Shown here piece after piece: positions 48,831 through 60,004 of a stretch of DNA of 64,000 nucleotides. Source of the stretch: Bradymonadia bacterium (lineage in GTDB: Bacteria > Myxococcota_A > Bradymonadia > UBA7976 > UBA1532). The notes beneath the pieces are model-generated. The model did no database searches. It was given only the letters and a program-made list of their open reading frames with translations, and was not told the DNA's origin. The translations under genes were made by a program, and so were the position numbers. Position 1 is the stretch's first letter. Each line of letters opens with the position of its first letter. The stretch lies in the NCBI GenBank assembly GCA_046290225.1, contig JBKAGE010000082.1, positions 1-64,000 of the forward strand, written 5' to 3'.

Positions 48831-51800
48831 TCACTCAGGAGCCGCCTCTTTAACGGGCTCTTCGACAACAGGCTGCTCAGTCGCCGACTCTGCAGCTGAG
48901 CTGTCCTCAGCCGCCTTCTCAGCGCCCTTGTCGGCAGAAGGAGCCTCCTCAGCAGGCTTCTCCTCCACAGCTTCCGCTTCAGCAGGCTGCGGCGTTGCGG
49001 CGCTTTCTGGGCTTTGCTCCGCAGGCTTTTCCTCTACCGGCTTCTCCCCGGCAGGCTTCTGCTCAGCGTCCTCTTTCTCAGCATCCGTTTTCGGTGCCTC
49101 GCGCTTGGGCTCAACCTGCTTCGGCACCTGCTTCTCTACAGGCTTGCTCTCCACCGGCTTGTCTTCAGCGGGCTGCTTCGCATCGGGCGCCACCACCGTC
49201 TGACAGCCGGGGGGCAGATCGCGCTCGAGGATCACGAACTGCACGCGGCGGTTTCGGGCGCGGCCCTCACGGGTGTCGTTCGTGTCGATGGGGCGGCTCT
49301 CGCCGAAGCCCTGAGCCACCAGTCGATCGGGGCTGATGCCCCCTTGCTCCGTCAGGTAGCGCAGGACCGACTCCGCTCGACGCTGGGAGAGCTTCTGGTT
49401 CGCCGTATCGCTGCCTCGGGCGTCCGTGTGGCCTTCCACACGGATGCGCCGGATGCTCGGGATCTGCTTGAGCACTGCCGCCACCTCATCGAGCAGCGGG
49501 AACGACACCCGCTTGATCTTGGCAGAGTTGGTGGCGAAGTAGACCCGCTCCTCGATCCGCAGCTCGGTGCAGGTCACCCGGACCAGCTTGCTGTCAGGGC
49601 AGCCGTCGTCGTCGTCCACGCCGTTCTGGGTCTCGGGCTCCAAGGGGCACTGGTCCGAGACATCCGGGATCCCGTCACTGTCGTTGTCGGGATCCGGGCA
49701 ACCGTTCTCGTCCTGGAACCCGTCGTTGTCCTCGGGGTCCAGCGGGCATTGATCCGTCGTGTCGGGGATCGTGTCCTCGTCGTTGTCAGGGTCCGGGCAG
49801 CCGTTTTCGTCCTGGAACTCGTCTTTGTCCTCCGGGTCGAGCGGGCACTGATCAGCCGTGTCGGGCACGCCGTCTTCGTCGTTGTCGGGATCCGGGCAGC
49901 CTTCTTCGTCTTGGAACCCGTCCTTGTCCTCGGGGTCGAGCGGGCACGCGTCGTCGGGATCGTAGATGCCGTCACCATCGGTGTCCTTGGGCAGCACCAC
50001 CGTGATCCGCTTGAGCGGCGAGGTGCCCAGGGCCAGGCCCAGGAATGCCCGCCAGTCGGGGTTGCCCACCCCCTGTAGCAGCCCCATGCTGGCGCCGGCG
50101 TCGAGGCGCACGCCCTTGGCGATGTGGAAGCGCGCCGTACCCAACGCCTCGGCGGGGATCTCGTCGGACTCGATCTCTTCCGCGAGCACCGTCACGGCGC
50201 CGAAGAGCTCGGGCACCAGCTCCACTGACTCGGACACGGGCACGATGACACCGAGAGACCAGAACACCTCGTCGTCCACTTGATGCCCGGCGAGCTCGGT
50301 GCCCTCACGGATGCGGTAGCCGAGGTTCGCCGACCAGACGGTGGCGTCCTCGGTTTGATGGCTCAGGGCAAAGCGGCCTTCGTAGCGCGTGGGCTCGCCC
50401 TGATAGTCATCGCGAGATCCTGTGGGCAGCGCCACCTCACCGATGAAAGCCAAGATGTTGCCCGGCGTCTGGATGCCAGGGGCGTCACCGGTGAGGCGGA
50501 GGCGGAAACCCACCCGGATGTCCCCGATGCCGAAGCCAGCATCAGTGGCTTGAACACCGGGGGCGAGGGCGGCCTCGTCGCCGTCTTGCAGGAGCACCAC
50601 CGGAGCGGCCAGAGAGAGATCGAAGTTGTCGAAGAGGCCGAGGCTGAAGGCGGCGTCGGCGACGAGCTGCTGGCTCACGATGGAGCGCAGACGATCACCG
50701 TCGGCGTTCTCGAGCACCAGCAGATCATCAGAGAAGTGGAGCAGCAGGCCCCCGCTCACGCCGAAAGAGCCCCGCGTGCGGCCCGTGGCCGTAGCGGTCA
50801 TATCTCCCCAGCGATCGAGAGCGGGCTTGAGGCCCTGCGCATCGAAACGATCTGCGGCAGCATCCACAGCCAGCAGGCTCGTCAGCGACACCGCTACGAC
50901 CGCAGCGCGCCGGTGGGTTAGAAGCCACCTCCTACGGCGCATCATCAGCCCGCCGAGGATCACCAGCCACAACAGCACGCCCGACGTGGGCCCGCCGGTC
51001 TGCTCACAGCCGAGCAGCTGACCACCTGCCAGTTGAGGATCATCGTCGGCCGGATCAAGGGGATCAGCACCACGAACGACCTCAGTGCCGTCCAGGACCC
51101 CGCCACCATCCGTGTCGGAGATGCGGGGATCTGTCTCACCGGGATCCCTGACCCCATCTGCGTCGGCGTCCTCGTCGCCATCGAGCAGACCGTCGTTGTC
51201 GCTGTCGGGGTTGAGCGGATCGAGGCCCGCGATGCCCGCTTCGAGGCCGTCGGGCAGGCCGTCGTCGTCAGAGTCGTCGTCGAGAGGGTTCGTGCCCAGA
51301 CGAACCTCTTCGTCGTAGGTGAGCCCATCCCCGTCGCTGTCGCTGTCATCGAGGGTGTCGTCTGCCGGATCAGTGGGATCAGAGCCGCGCTCCACCTCGT
51401 CGCCGTCGTTGACGCCGCCATCATCTGTGTCGGGGTCGAGGGGATCCGTCGCAGGATCACCCATGACCTCTTCACCATCGGTGAGGCCATCGTCGTCAGA
51501 GTCCGGATCATTCGGATCGGTGCCCCGCATGATCTCGTCGGCATCCACCAGGCCATCGCCGTCGGAGTCCACAGGCGGGTTGTCATCAGTGGGGTTGAGC
51601 GGATCCCGACCGTCGGCGACCTCTTCACCATCGCTTACCCCGCCATTGTCGGTGTCCGGATCGTTCGGATCAGTCTCCGAGGGATCCCGAACGCCATCCG
51701 CGTTGGCGTCCTCTTCACCATCTTCGAGCGCGTCGTCGTCGGTATCAGCGTCGAGCGGATCAGTGGGGTTGTCGCCGAGCACCTCAATGCCATCCTCAAG

Positions 51801-54800
51801 GCCATCGTCGTCCGTGTCGGGGTTCGTCGGATCTGTCTCGCCTTCACCGACGGCGCCGTCACTGTCGGCGTCTTCACCGGCCTCGCATACGCCCTCTACC
51901 TCGATGGCGCCGTCACACAGCCCATCACCATCGGTGTCGGGATCCGTGGGATCAGTCCCTGCGGTGTTCACCTCAAGGCCGTCGTTCAGACCGTCATCGT
52001 CCGAGTCGGGATCGTTGGGATCGCTGCCGAGCATCATCTCGCGCTCGTCGGGCAGGCCGTCGCCATCCGTGTCCACGAGATCGTCGTCGGGATCGAGGGG
52101 GTTTGTGCCATCGACCACCTGCTCCTGGCCGTCGGTTACCCCGCCGTCGTCTGTGTCGGGATCATTCGGATCAGTCTCTCCCGGATCGACCTGACCGTTG
52201 GCGTCGGTATCTTCCTGGCCATCGAGCAAGCCGTCGTCATCGGAGTCGGGATCATTCGGATCCGTGGCGTTGTCACCGCGAACCTCGATGCCATCGTTCA
52301 AGCCGTCATCGTCGGAGTCAGGATCGTTCGGATCTGTGCCCAGACCGATCTCGTCTGGATCCACCAAACCGTCGCCGTCGGAGTCGCGGCGGTCGTCGGC
52401 GCCATCGAGGGGGTTTGTGCCATCGACCAACAACTCCTGGCCGTCGTCGACGCCACCATCATCCGTGTCGGGATCACCCGGATCGGTCTCGCCCTCGTCC
52501 ACCACACCGTCAGCGTCGGCGTCTTCCCCTTCGACACAGACATCACCCACAGCCACCGGGCCGTCGCAGAGACCATCGCCGTCGGAGTCGGGGTTGATGG
52601 GTGAGGTGTTACTCGTGGGCCGGGACTCAAGGCCGTCGTCGATGCCGTCAGCGTCGGTGTCGGGGTTGCGGGGATCCGTCTCCCCCTCGTCCACTACACC
52701 GTTGTTGTTGAGATCTTCACCGGAGATGCACTCGCCCTGCACCGCCGCGGCGCCGTCACAGAGGAAGTCGTCGTCGGTGTCGGGGTCAAGGGCCGCCGAG
52801 GCGTCGTCGCCCACCACCTCGAGGTTGTCGGGCAAGCCGTCTCGATCGGTGTCGGGGTTGTTTGGATCAGTCCCCAAAGCGCGCTCGATCGGATCGAAGA
52901 TGCCGTCGCCGTCGCTGTCGATGCGATCGTCTGCAGGGTCGAGGGGGTTCGTGCCGTCGGCATTGCGCTCCTGGCCATCGTTCACCCCACCGCCGTCGGT
53001 GTCGAAGCGTCGGGGGTTCGTCTCGCCCGGATCGACCTGGGTGTTGCGGTTGGCATCTTCCACGCCGTCGCCGAGGCCGTCGCCGTCCGTATCGGGGAGC
53101 AGTGGATCTGTGCCCGTGTCACCGAGCACTTCCTGGCCGTCGGTGAGGTTGTCGTCGTCGGTGTCGGGGTTGTTCGGATCGGTCTCGTCATCGTCCACCA
53201 CACCGTCAGCGTCGAGATCTTCACCAGGCACACACACACCCGGCGCGGTGCCAGGGCCGTCGCACAGACCGTCATCGTCAGTGTCGGGATCATTCGGGGT
53301 GGCGTCGATGCCCGTGGGCAGCCCGTCGCCATCGACATCATCTGGTGAGGCGATGGTCACCACCGTGGCATCTGCCGGGGCGGCGGTGTCGGGATCGTCG
53401 GAGCGCACCTCGAGGGGCAGCCCGTCGTCGGTCTCGCCCTGTGCCGTGGCCTGGTTGCTGATCTCGAAGCCATCAGGCAGGAAAGGCAACGTGTCCACCT
53501 CGAAGGTGACGATGACCTCTCCACCTGGAGGAAGCGCCTCTACGGTGGCCTCAAGCACGCCGCCCTCGTAGGTCACCACACCAGCGGTGGTGTTCAACGT
53601 GCCGTCCACGAGGGTGAGCAGCTGGGCATCGAAGGCGTCGGTGATCACCACCTGCTCTGCAGGGCCCGCCCCGATGTTGCGCACGGTGAGGGTGTACCGC
53701 AGGCGATCGCCAGGGTTCGGCTCGCCGAGGTTCAGATCCGTGACCTGCTTGCTGAACGTCAGGAAAGGGGTGTCGATGCCCAGGGAGACCGCCAGGACGT
53801 CGTCCTCGTCTTCTCCGTCATCGCCGTTGCCGTTGTTGTCGACGTAGTCCCCAAAGGGCTCGACCTCGAGGGTATTGGGGCTGAGCAGCTGCCCACCAGC
53901 GCCGGGGAGCGTGCGGTAGTCGCTCATCTGCACCCTGAGTACGTCGGAGACATCTGCGGGGTTGATCTGCACCACGCCCCTGAACACCCAGCGGGTGACG
54001 GACATCGGCGCGGCACAGGGTGAGATGGTGAGCGTCATCGAGCGGCCGACAACGGCAAAGTCCTCACCAACGTCGTCGATGCCCCCGTCGCCGTCGTTGT
54101 CGAGGCCGTCAGCGGCAGGGTCGATGAGCTCGAGGGCCGTGGGCAGCTCCACCTGCAGCTCGCCCTCGCAGTACAGGCCGTCGCCCTGGTTCTCGACGGT
54201 GATCTCGAAGGTGACCACGTCGCCGAGAGTGGGGCGCTCGGGCATCGAGCTGATGCCCATGACCGGCCGGGGCACCAGCGGATCGTCCTCGTCTTCGTAG
54301 ATCGCCGAGGGGCGCCCGTCGATGCTGGTCTCGCTGCGGGTGGTGTATCGATCAGCCTCGCCGAGGAACCTGACCGCCCGCTGGATGCCCTGCACCCTGA
54401 GCGTGAAGACATCGTTGCTGGGATCGTTGTCACCGGGGTTGTTGACGTCACCGACTGTGATCAGAGCCCCGCCGGGGGTGCCTGGGGGGAAGAAGGACAA
54501 CGGGATGTCGAAGCTGCCCGCGAAGCCATCACCGAGGCGCTCCACGGCGAGCAGCTCCATGCCCCGGCCGGGGATCTCGTTCACCCGGGTGATGAAGCTG
54601 CGCCCCTCGGGCACCCGCACGTCGATGTCCCAGGTGATTGTCTGGCCGATGCTGTGACCCGGCTCCAGGCCCGTGATGGGGCTGCTGGAGACAAAGCGTC
54701 GGTCGACGACGACGGGTCCTGGCGTGTTGACGGAGACCGAGCCACTGACACCATCTACAGGGCCACCTGTCCAACGCGCCGTGGCCACTGCAGGGATGGA

Positions 54801-55169
54801 TCCCAACGCGTCGACGGTGTTGGCGAGGGTGACCTGCCGGGTGATGGTGCAGTTGGCCCCAGGCGCCAACGCCGCCGGCAGCTCACCAGCCCCGTTGGCA
54901 GAGCAGGTACCGCCGACACCGGGCGCAAAAGCCAGCCGCCCGTCATCGGCGGGGAACGTCACCACCACCGTGTCGGCGTCGGCGTCACCGACGTTGGACA
55001 GCGTCCAGGTCAGGGTCAAGGTGTCGGCGGCGTCTCCGATCACCGTGTCGTCGCTCACCGTCAACTGCTGGGCCAGAGCCTGCAGCGGGCAGAGCGCGGC
55101 GAAGCAGAGCGCCAGAAAGCCCAGCCTGCCAGAGTGAATGGTTCGGGCCCACGCGCTGTGAGTGTTCAT
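48831..55169 (-). CDS. Giant surface protein: DUF11/Ig-like domains + Ca-binding Asp-rich repeats + internal MYXO-CTERM-like segment + beta-barrel + TSP3 repeats + OmpA C-terminal domain (TraB-like)
   Basis: [19 protein letters not shown] (DUF11); many DPxDPDTDxDGLxDGxE repeats; DxCPLDPEDxDGFQDxxGCPD repeats; [28 protein letters not shown] (OmpA). Confidence 0.9.
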   Translation of the reverse strand: MNTHSAWARTIHSGRLGFLALCFAALCPLQALAQQLTVSDDTVIGDAADTLTLTWTLSNVGDADADTVVVTFPADDGRLAFAPGVGGTCSANGAGELPAALAPGANCTITRQVTLANTVDALGSIPAVATARWTGGPVDGVSGSVSVNTPGPVVVDRRFVSSSPITGLEPGHSIGQTITWDIDVRVPEGRSFITRVNEIPGRGMELLAVERLGDGFAGSFDIPLSFFPPGTPGGALITVGDVNNPGDNDPSNDVFTLRVQGIQRAVRFLGEADRYTTRSETSIDGRPSAIYEDEDDPLVPRPVMGISSMPERPTLGDVVTFEITVENQGDGLYCEGELQVELPTALELIDPAADGLDNDGDGGIDDVGEDFAVVGRSMTLTISPCAAPMSVTRWVFRGVVQINPADVSDVLRVQMSDYRTLPGAGGQLLSPNTLEVEPFGDYVDNNGNGDDGEDEDDVLAVSLGIDTPFLTFSKQVTDLNLGEPNPGDRLRYTLTVRNIGAGPAEQVVITDAFDAQLLTLVDGTLNTTAGVVTYEGGVLEATVEALPPGGEVIVTFEVDTLPFLPDGFEISNQATAQGETDDGLPLEVRSDDPDTAAPADATVVTIASPDDVDGDGLPTGIDATPNDPDTDDDGLCDGPGTAPGVCVPGEDLDADGVVDDDETDPNNPDTDDDNLTDGQEVLGDTGTDPLLPDTDGDGLGDGVEDANRNTQVDPGETNPRRFDTDGGGVNDGQERNADGTNPLDPADDRIDSDGDGIFDPIERALGTDPNNPDTDRDGLPDNLEVVGDDASAALDPDTDDDFLCDGAAAVQGECISGEDLNNNGVVDEGETDPRNPDTDADGIDDGLESRPTSNTSPINPDSDGDGLCDGPVAVGDVCVEGEDADADGVVDEGETDPGDPDTDDGGVDDGQELLVDGTNPLDGADDRRDSDGDGLVDPDEIGLGTDPNDPDSDDDGLNDGIEVRGDNATDPNDPDSDDDGLLDGQEDTDANGQVDPGETDPNDPDTDDGGVTDGQEQVVDGTNPLDPDDDLVDTDGDGLPDEREMMLGSDPNDPDSDDDGLNDGLEVNTAGTDPTDPDTDGDGLCDGAIEVEGVCEAGEDADSDGAVGEGETDPTNPDTDDDGLEDGIEVLGDNPTDPLDADTDDDALEDGEEDANADGVRDPSETDPNDPDTDNGGVSDGEEVADGRDPLNPTDDNPPVDSDGDGLVDADEIMRGTDPNDPDSDDDGLTDGEEVMGDPATDPLDPDTDDGGVNDGDEVERGSDPTDPADDTLDDSDSDGDGLTYDEEVRLGTNPLDDDSDDDGLPDGLEAGIAGLDPLNPDSDNDGLLDGDEDADADGVRDPGETDPRISDTDGGGVLDGTEVVRGADPLDPADDDPQLAGGQLLGCEQTGGPTSGVLLWLVILGGLMMRRRRWLLTHRRAAVVAVSLTSLLAVDAAADRFDAQGLKPALDRWGDMTATATGRTRGSFGVSGGLLLHFSDDLLVLENADGDRLRSIVSQQLVADAAFSLGLFDNFDLSLAAPVVLLQDGDEAALAPGVQATDAGFGIGDIRVGFRLRLTGDAPGIQTPGNILAFIGEVALPTGSRDDYQGEPTRYEGRFALSHQTEDATVWSANLGYRIREGTELAGHQVDDEVFWSLGVIVPVSESVELVPELFGAVTVLAEEIESDEIPAEALGTARFHIAKGVRLDAGASMGLLQGVGNPDWRAFLGLALGTSPLKRITVVLPKDTDGDGIYDPDDACPLDPEDKDGFQDEEGCPDPDNDEDGVPDTADQCPLDPEDKDEFQDENGCPDPDNDEDTIPDTTDQCPLDPEDNDGFQDENGCPDPDNDSDGIPDVSDQCPLEPETQNGVDDDDGCPDSKLVRVTCTELRIEERVYFATNSAKIKRVSFPLLDEVAAVLKQIPSIRRIRVEGHTDARGSDTANQKLSQRRAESVLRYLTEQGGISPDRLVAQGFGESRPIDTNDTREGRARNRRVQFVILERDLPPGCQTVVAPDAKQPAEDKPVESKPVEKQVPKQVEPKREAPKTDAEKEDAEQKPAGEKPVEEKPAEQSPESAATPQPAEAEAVEEKPAEEAPSADKGAEKAAEDSSAAESATEQPVVEEPVKEAAPE

Positions 55170-55330
55170 CGGCATCTCGTATCGGTGCGAGTTGAAGGGT
55201 GCGTGCACCCCGTTCACCGATCTTCAATACCATCAGTGGCGCGCTCTTTATATGTTCACTGACAGGTAGGTGTTTGTATTCGGAACAGGATCAGCCCTCG
55301 ACGCAACCTGCGGAGGGCCGATCTTGAGGC

Positions 55331-56125
55331 TCACTTGCCGGGCTGGGAGCCTGCAGCAGGAGCCTTGGCGGGGGCGGGCTTTGCACCCATACCGGCGGGC
55401 TTGGTGCCCATGCCGGGCTTCGCCATGCCGGGCTTCGCGCCTATGCCAGCAGGCTGAACGCCGGGCTTGGCACCCATGCCAGCGGGCGTGGTGCCCATAC
55501 CAGGCTTTGCCATCCCAGGCTTGGCGCCCATGCCGGGCTGCGCCATTCCAGGCTTCGCCATACCAGGTTGAGCCATTCCAGGCTTGCCCATCTGGCCCGC
55601 ACCCATACCGGGCTTCGCCATACCAGGCTTCGCCATACCAGGCTTCGCCATACCAGGTTTTGCCATCCCAGGCTGACCCATACCGGGCTTGCCCATCCCA
55701 GGCTTGCCCATACCGGGCTTACCCATCTGGCCTGCGCCCATACCGGGCTTACCTACGGTGCCACCCTTCACGGGGGCGCCCTGGTGCAGCTTGCCCGTGC
55801 CGCCTGCGGCGGTGCCCGGGCGGTTGTTCAAGGTGGGATCGAGAGAGCCCACGTAGGTGTCGATGCGGCTGTTCAGACGCGCGAGTTCCACCTTCTTGTC
55901 GGCGGCGCCGGACATGATCTGCTGGTACTCAGCGTCGAAGCCCTGGAGCTTCGCCGCCACCGCGGGGCGCATGTGGGGGTGCTTGGCCAGCAGGGCCTCG
56001 ACCTTGTCCATGTTGCGCTTGTAGCGGTTCTGCTGCTTCTCGACGGTGGTGCCACAGGCCGTGAGCCAGAGCAGGATCATCAGAGGGGCCATCCATCGGG
56101 CCCCACGGTTCAGGATGCGGTTCAT
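55331..56125 (-). CDS. Lipoprotein with helical N-terminal domain and (A/G)KPGM pentapeptide-repeat tail
   Basis: GGAGGAG RBS; WLTAC lipobox; about 20 xPGM-type repeats. Confidence 0.82.
   Translation of the reverse strand: MNRILNRGARWMAPLMILLWLTACGTTVEKQQNRYKRNMDKVEALLAKHPHMRPAVAAKLQGFDAEYQQIMSGAADKKVELARLNSRIDTYVGSLDPTLNNRPGTAAGGTGKLHQGAPVKGGTVGKPGMGAGQMGKPGMGKPGMGKPGMGQPGMAKPGMAKPGMAKPGMAKPGMGAGQMGKPGMAQPGMAKPGMAQPGMGAKPGMAKPGMGTTPAGMGAKPGVQPAGIGAKPGMAKPGMGTKPAGMGAKPAPAKAPAAGSQPGK
55380..55755. repeat. Coding 15-bp tandem repeat (e.g. CGCCATACCAGGCTT)
   Basis: Near-identical 15-mers around 55555-55750 encode AKPGM/GKPGM. Confidence 0.85.
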
Positions 56126-56192
56126 CTTCTCCTCCAATCAGACCGCGAAAGTCGAAGGTCGGGGTGCGTCGCGCCCAGCCGGGCGCTGCGTC

Positions 56193-56594
56193 TCAGCTCT
56201 GGTCGTAGTGGCCGTGGACCTGCTTCTCCAGGTCGTCGGCGAACTTGCCCACGTAGAAGATGGCCCGGGCCACCTCTTCGTGATCAGCCGTCTCAAGGAG
56301 CTGAGTCTCCATCAAGATCACGTGGGGATCGCTCAACGCGATGGCGCCGTAGGGCAGATCGGCGTTGAGCCGCAGCAGGTAGTAGGGGTCCTGTACATAC
56401 TGCGTCGTGGTGATCACGCTCCAGATGAAGGCCATGGGGCGGCCGTCGGGGTCCTGCCCGCCGGTGAGCTCCACGATCTGGGTGCGGCCGTACTCGGTGG
56501 GCAGCTCCAGGCGGTAGCCTCCATCGGGGCGATGGGCCATGGGCCAGCCGTTTTGCATGCTCAGCTGCTGAATCATCTGGTCGAAATGCATCAT
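56193..56594 (-). CDS. YbjN/CesT-like (type III secretion chaperone fold) protein
   Basis: GRTQIV, YLLRLNADLPYGAIAL and VGKFADDLEKQVHG motifs. Confidence 0.7.
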   Translation of the reverse strand: MMHFDQMIQQLSMQNGWPMAHRPDGGYRLELPTEYGRTQIVELTGGQDPDGRPMAFIWSVITTTQYVQDPYYLLRLNADLPYGAIALSDPHVILMETQLLETADHEEVARAIFYVGKFADDLEKQVHGHYDQS

Positions 56595-56818
56595 GGGGAT
56601 CTTCTCCTCGGCGTCGCGCCCATTCCACGTTCACACAAGGGTTACAGTGTGATGTGCCGTTTCTTTCGAGCCGTCTTTCGAGTTTGTGCCCGCACACTCT
56701 GTACGGGCATCGCTCGACAGCCTTGATCCGTACGTGTCGGGGGGGGACCCTACCACGCCTTGACGCCCTTCGAAGGGGTCTTGCATACAACCGCTGAAGA
56801 TCTGCGAAGGCTCTGCCC

Positions 56819-58576
56819 GTGTTCGACGCACAAATCGCCGCACTCGCCCTGGCCGCAGATCAGCGCCGCGCCCTGCACGAGGCCCTCGCGCAACACAATG
56901 CTTCAGGTTGGATAGAGGCCCTCGCCGAGGGTCTCTGGACCGTGGACGGGCCTCTCCGCGGGGCGGTGCTCCTGGCCCTGGCCCCCTATGACCAGATCGC
57001 GCTGCTGCAGGCGTGGCTGAAACGCAGCGGCACCTTGTCGTTGAGCGCCATGGCCCTCGAGGCCCTGCCACCTGCCCTCTTCGATTTGTCGGTGAGCCCT
57101 AAGGTGAGCGCTCTCGATCTCAGCAAGAACCACCTCACCGAGCTGCCACCAGCCTTTGCTGACTTACAACAGCTCACCGAGCTCGATCTCAGCCACAACC
57201 CCCTCGGCACGCTTCCTCGGACGCTCGGTCAACTCACGGGGCTGCGCTCGCTCAAGCTCAACGGCACGGGCCTCAGTCATCTCGGTGATGCTCTTGGTCT
57301 CCTCAAATGGCTCAATCGTCTTGAGCTGGCCCACAACACACTCGAAGCCCTGCCTGATCTCTTCGACGGCCTCGAAGGGCTCACGCTGCTGCGCCTCGAT
57401 CACAACCCCCTCAGCGATCTGCCGCCCTCTCTCGGCGCCTGCAGTCAGCTACAGAAGATCGCCCTCGGTCATTGCGCCTTCACCGCAATCCCCCAAGCGC
57501 TGTTCCACTGCCCGCAGCTGACCCTGATCCATGGCCTGCCCGGATATCAAACCCCAGATCAGCAAGAGGCCCTCGCTCGAGCCATCAGGCTCGCCGGTGA
57601 GCGCGGCCTCGACATACAGGCCTTGTCCATGGCGCTGTTCGAGTCCCCCGAAAATCTCGATCCCCAGTGGTCTCCGGCGGTGCTGGCGGCGCACTTGGGG
57701 CAGCTGGCGCGAGGCACTCCCCAGCAGCCACCAGAGCAGTTGCTGCTCAGCGACGATCCCGGCGATGTGACGCTGGGCCTCGCCCGGGTGGGCACTGCCG
57801 ATCTGCCCGAAGCTTCGCCGAGCCTGCTCGCGGGGCTCTTCGTCGTGGCCAAGTACGCCGGAGATCCCGGGCTGCGCGATCAGGCCCGGGCGCTGCTCGA
57901 TCGACACCCCACCCCTTCGGTGAAGGCCGCCGTGGCCGATCGGAGCAAGATCCCCTCCAAGGCTCAGAAGGGTGAGAAGAAGACCGCCGCCCACCTCAAG
58001 ACCTTCGCCGACAAGTGCCCCGACATCGACTGGGCCGAGGTGGGCCTCTGGCTGTACCGCAAGATGGGCACCGGTCTGCGCTATGTGATGGATCATGCCC
58101 CAGCCCACAGCGCGGTGAAGGTGAAGGCGCTTCAGGCCCTCCTCAGCGAGGGGCGGCTGGATTACTACGCTGGCTACGCCACCTACATGCCCGATTACCG
58201 CAACAGCTTCAGCCGATACCCGTGCGGGCATTTCCCCGCAGAGGTGGTGCAGATGCCCGAGGTGACGGCCCTCGACCTGCGAGGCTGCCGGCTGTGCAGT
58301 CTGCCACCAGACATCGCCCAGATGACGCAGCTGGTGGAATTGAACCTCAGCGGCAATCAGCTCGACGATTTGCCCGACACCCTCGGCGCCCTGACCTCGC
58401 TCGAGCGTTTGCACCTCGACGACAACGCCTTCAATACGCTGCCCCTCGTGCTCTGGCAGCTGGGCAACCTCACGCACCTGACGATCACCGACAACCGCCA
58501 TGGCGCACAGTCGGCCCCCCTCTCCATCCCCGATGATCTGAGGGTGGCTCTGCCCCGCTGCATCATCGAGATCTAA
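56819..58576 (+). CDS. Leucine-rich repeat protein with two LRR blocks
   Basis: LxxLDLSxNxLxxLP repeats in the N- and C-terminal parts, separated by a helical region. Confidence 0.88.
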   Translation: MFDAQIAALALAADQRRALHEALAQHNASGWIEALAEGLWTVDGPLRGAVLLALAPYDQIALLQAWLKRSGTLSLSAMALEALPPALFDLSVSPKVSALDLSKNHLTELPPAFADLQQLTELDLSHNPLGTLPRTLGQLTGLRSLKLNGTGLSHLGDALGLLKWLNRLELAHNTLEALPDLFDGLEGLTLLRLDHNPLSDLPPSLGACSQLQKIALGHCAFTAIPQALFHCPQLTLIHGLPGYQTPDQQEALARAIRLAGERGLDIQALSMALFESPENLDPQWSPAVLAAHLGQLARGTPQQPPEQLLLSDDPGDVTLGLARVGTADLPEASPSLLAGLFVVAKYAGDPGLRDQARALLDRHPTPSVKAAVADRSKIPSKAQKGEKKTAAHLKTFADKCPDIDWAEVGLWLYRKMGTGLRYVMDHAPAHSAVKVKALQALLSEGRLDYYAGYATYMPDYRNSFSRYPCGHFPAEVVQMPEVTALDLRGCRLCSLPPDIAQMTQLVELNLSGNQLDDLPDTLGALTSLERLHLDDNAFNTLPLVLWQLGNLTHLTITDNRHGAQSAPLSIPDDLRVALPRCIIEI

Positions 58577-58585
58577 AAGGTCACC

Positions 58586-59881
58586 ATGCGCATGCTCTCC
58601 CCCGCTCTGTTCCCCGCGCTGGCCTGCGCGATGGTCTGTGCAGGCTGTGGTGCCGCACCTGCGCCTGAGGCGCCCTCCAAGGTGGTGCGATTCGCCACCT
58701 TCAACGCAGCCCTCAACCGCAACAGCGCCGGTGAGCTGGGGCGAGATCTGGCCACGGGCGATCACCCCCAGGCACAGGCAGTGGCGGAGATCGTGCAGCG
58801 GGCCCGACCCGACGTATTGTTGTTGCAGGAGTTCGATCGAGATCCCGAGGCCCTCAGCCAGTTCATCGAGGACTATTTGAAGGTGTCTCAAGGCGGGGCT
58901 GAGGCCATCGACTACCCCCATGTGTATCAGCCCGAAGTGAACACCGGGGTGCCCAGCGGCTTTGATCTCGACGGCAACGGCAAAGCGGGTGATCCCGGAG
59001 ACAGCAAGGGCTTCGGCAAATTCCCCGGCCAGTACGGCTTCGCGATTTTGTCCCGATGGCCCATCGCCACCGACAGGATCCGCAGCTACCAGAACCTGCC
59101 CTGGTCCACGCTGCCCGACGCCCTCCGCCCGTCAAAAGCCGACGGTACAGGCAGCTGGTACACCGACGAGGCCTGGGCTGCCCTGCCCTTGTCGTCGAAG
59201 AACCACGTCGATGTGCCTGTGCGAACACCCCAAGGCGTGATCCACGTGATCGCCGCTCACCCCACACCGCCGGTCTTCGACGGTCCTGAGGACCGCAACG
59301 GCCGTCGAAACTTCGACGAGCTGCGCCTCGTGGCGGCCATGCTCGCCCCTGCAGCGCCTGCCTGGCTCGTGGACGATACAGGTGGACGACGGGGTCTCCC
59401 CTCGATGTCGGCCTTCGTCATCATGGGAGACATGAACGCTGATCCTCGAGACGGCGACTCGGTGAAAGGCGCCATCGCCCAGGTGCTCGAGCACCCTCGG
59501 GTGAACCCGGCTGCGGCCTCTGGCGTACATACACCCCAGAGCGCTGGCGGCACGGCCAACGCCGAAAAGCGCCCTGCAGATCGCCCGCCGCTGAAGGGGG
59601 ATCCGGCACACCACACCGCGGGTTGGGGATTGCGGGTGGACTACGCCCTGCCTTCGGCGAATCTGGAGGTGAAGGCCTCGGGCGTGTTCTGGCCCACAGC
59701 CGCCGAGCCCCATGGTGATTTGGTCCAGCCAAAAATGGTCGACGGTAAGCGCCGGGATCCGAGCTCAGATCACCGGCTGGTGTGGGTCGACGTGTCGTCT
59801 CCGGAGCTCCACCTCGATGTACGCGAGGATCTCAGGCGCGCACGGCCATTGGAATCCCGCCGGGATGACAGGCACCCGTAG
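58586..59881 (+). CDS. Secreted endonuclease/exonuclease/phosphatase family lipoprotein
   Basis: RFATFNA, LLLQEFD, HPTPPVFDGPEDRNGRRN, MGDMNAD, LRVDYALPS and SSDHRLVWVD motifs. Confidence 0.92.
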   Translation: MRMLSPALFPALACAMVCAGCGAAPAPEAPSKVVRFATFNAALNRNSAGELGRDLATGDHPQAQAVAEIVQRARPDVLLLQEFDRDPEALSQFIEDYLKVSQGGAEAIDYPHVYQPEVNTGVPSGFDLDGNGKAGDPGDSKGFGKFPGQYGFAILSRWPIATDRIRSYQNLPWSTLPDALRPSKADGTGSWYTDEAWAALPLSSKNHVDVPVRTPQGVIHVIAAHPTPPVFDGPEDRNGRRNFDELRLVAAMLAPAAPAWLVDDTGGRRGLPSMSAFVIMGDMNADPRDGDSVKGAIAQVLEHPRVNPAAASGVHTPQSAGGTANAEKRPADRPPLKGDPAHHTAGWGLRVDYALPSANLEVKASGVFWPTAAEPHGDLVQPKMVDGKRRDPSSDHRLVWVDVSSPELHLDVREDLRRARPLESRRDDRHP

Positions 59882-60004
59882 CGGCAACATCCTCAACGAA
59901 TCATTACAATGACTTAAGCGCGTTTAAGAGTCGCTTATGTGGTCGTAATAAGAGGCTCGAGCCTACCTTGGGTGCACCGACGCACCACGAGACGGGAGCA
60001 CACG

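Noticed and set aside
51033..53571. Ser/Pro-rich and Ile/Val-rich plus-strand ORFs
   Set aside because: Reverse-frame read-outs of the Asp-rich repeats of the giant OmpA protein.
48831..55169. Calling the gene traA/traB
   Set aside because: The N-terminal part lacks a recognisable TraA-type variable domain and Cys-rich repeats, and orthology cannot be shown without a phylogeny.
59910..59935. AT-rich imperfect palindrome CTTAAGCGCGTTTAAG upstream of the last lipoprotein pair
   Set aside because: It is a single imperfect instance; it could be an operator but nothing else supports that.
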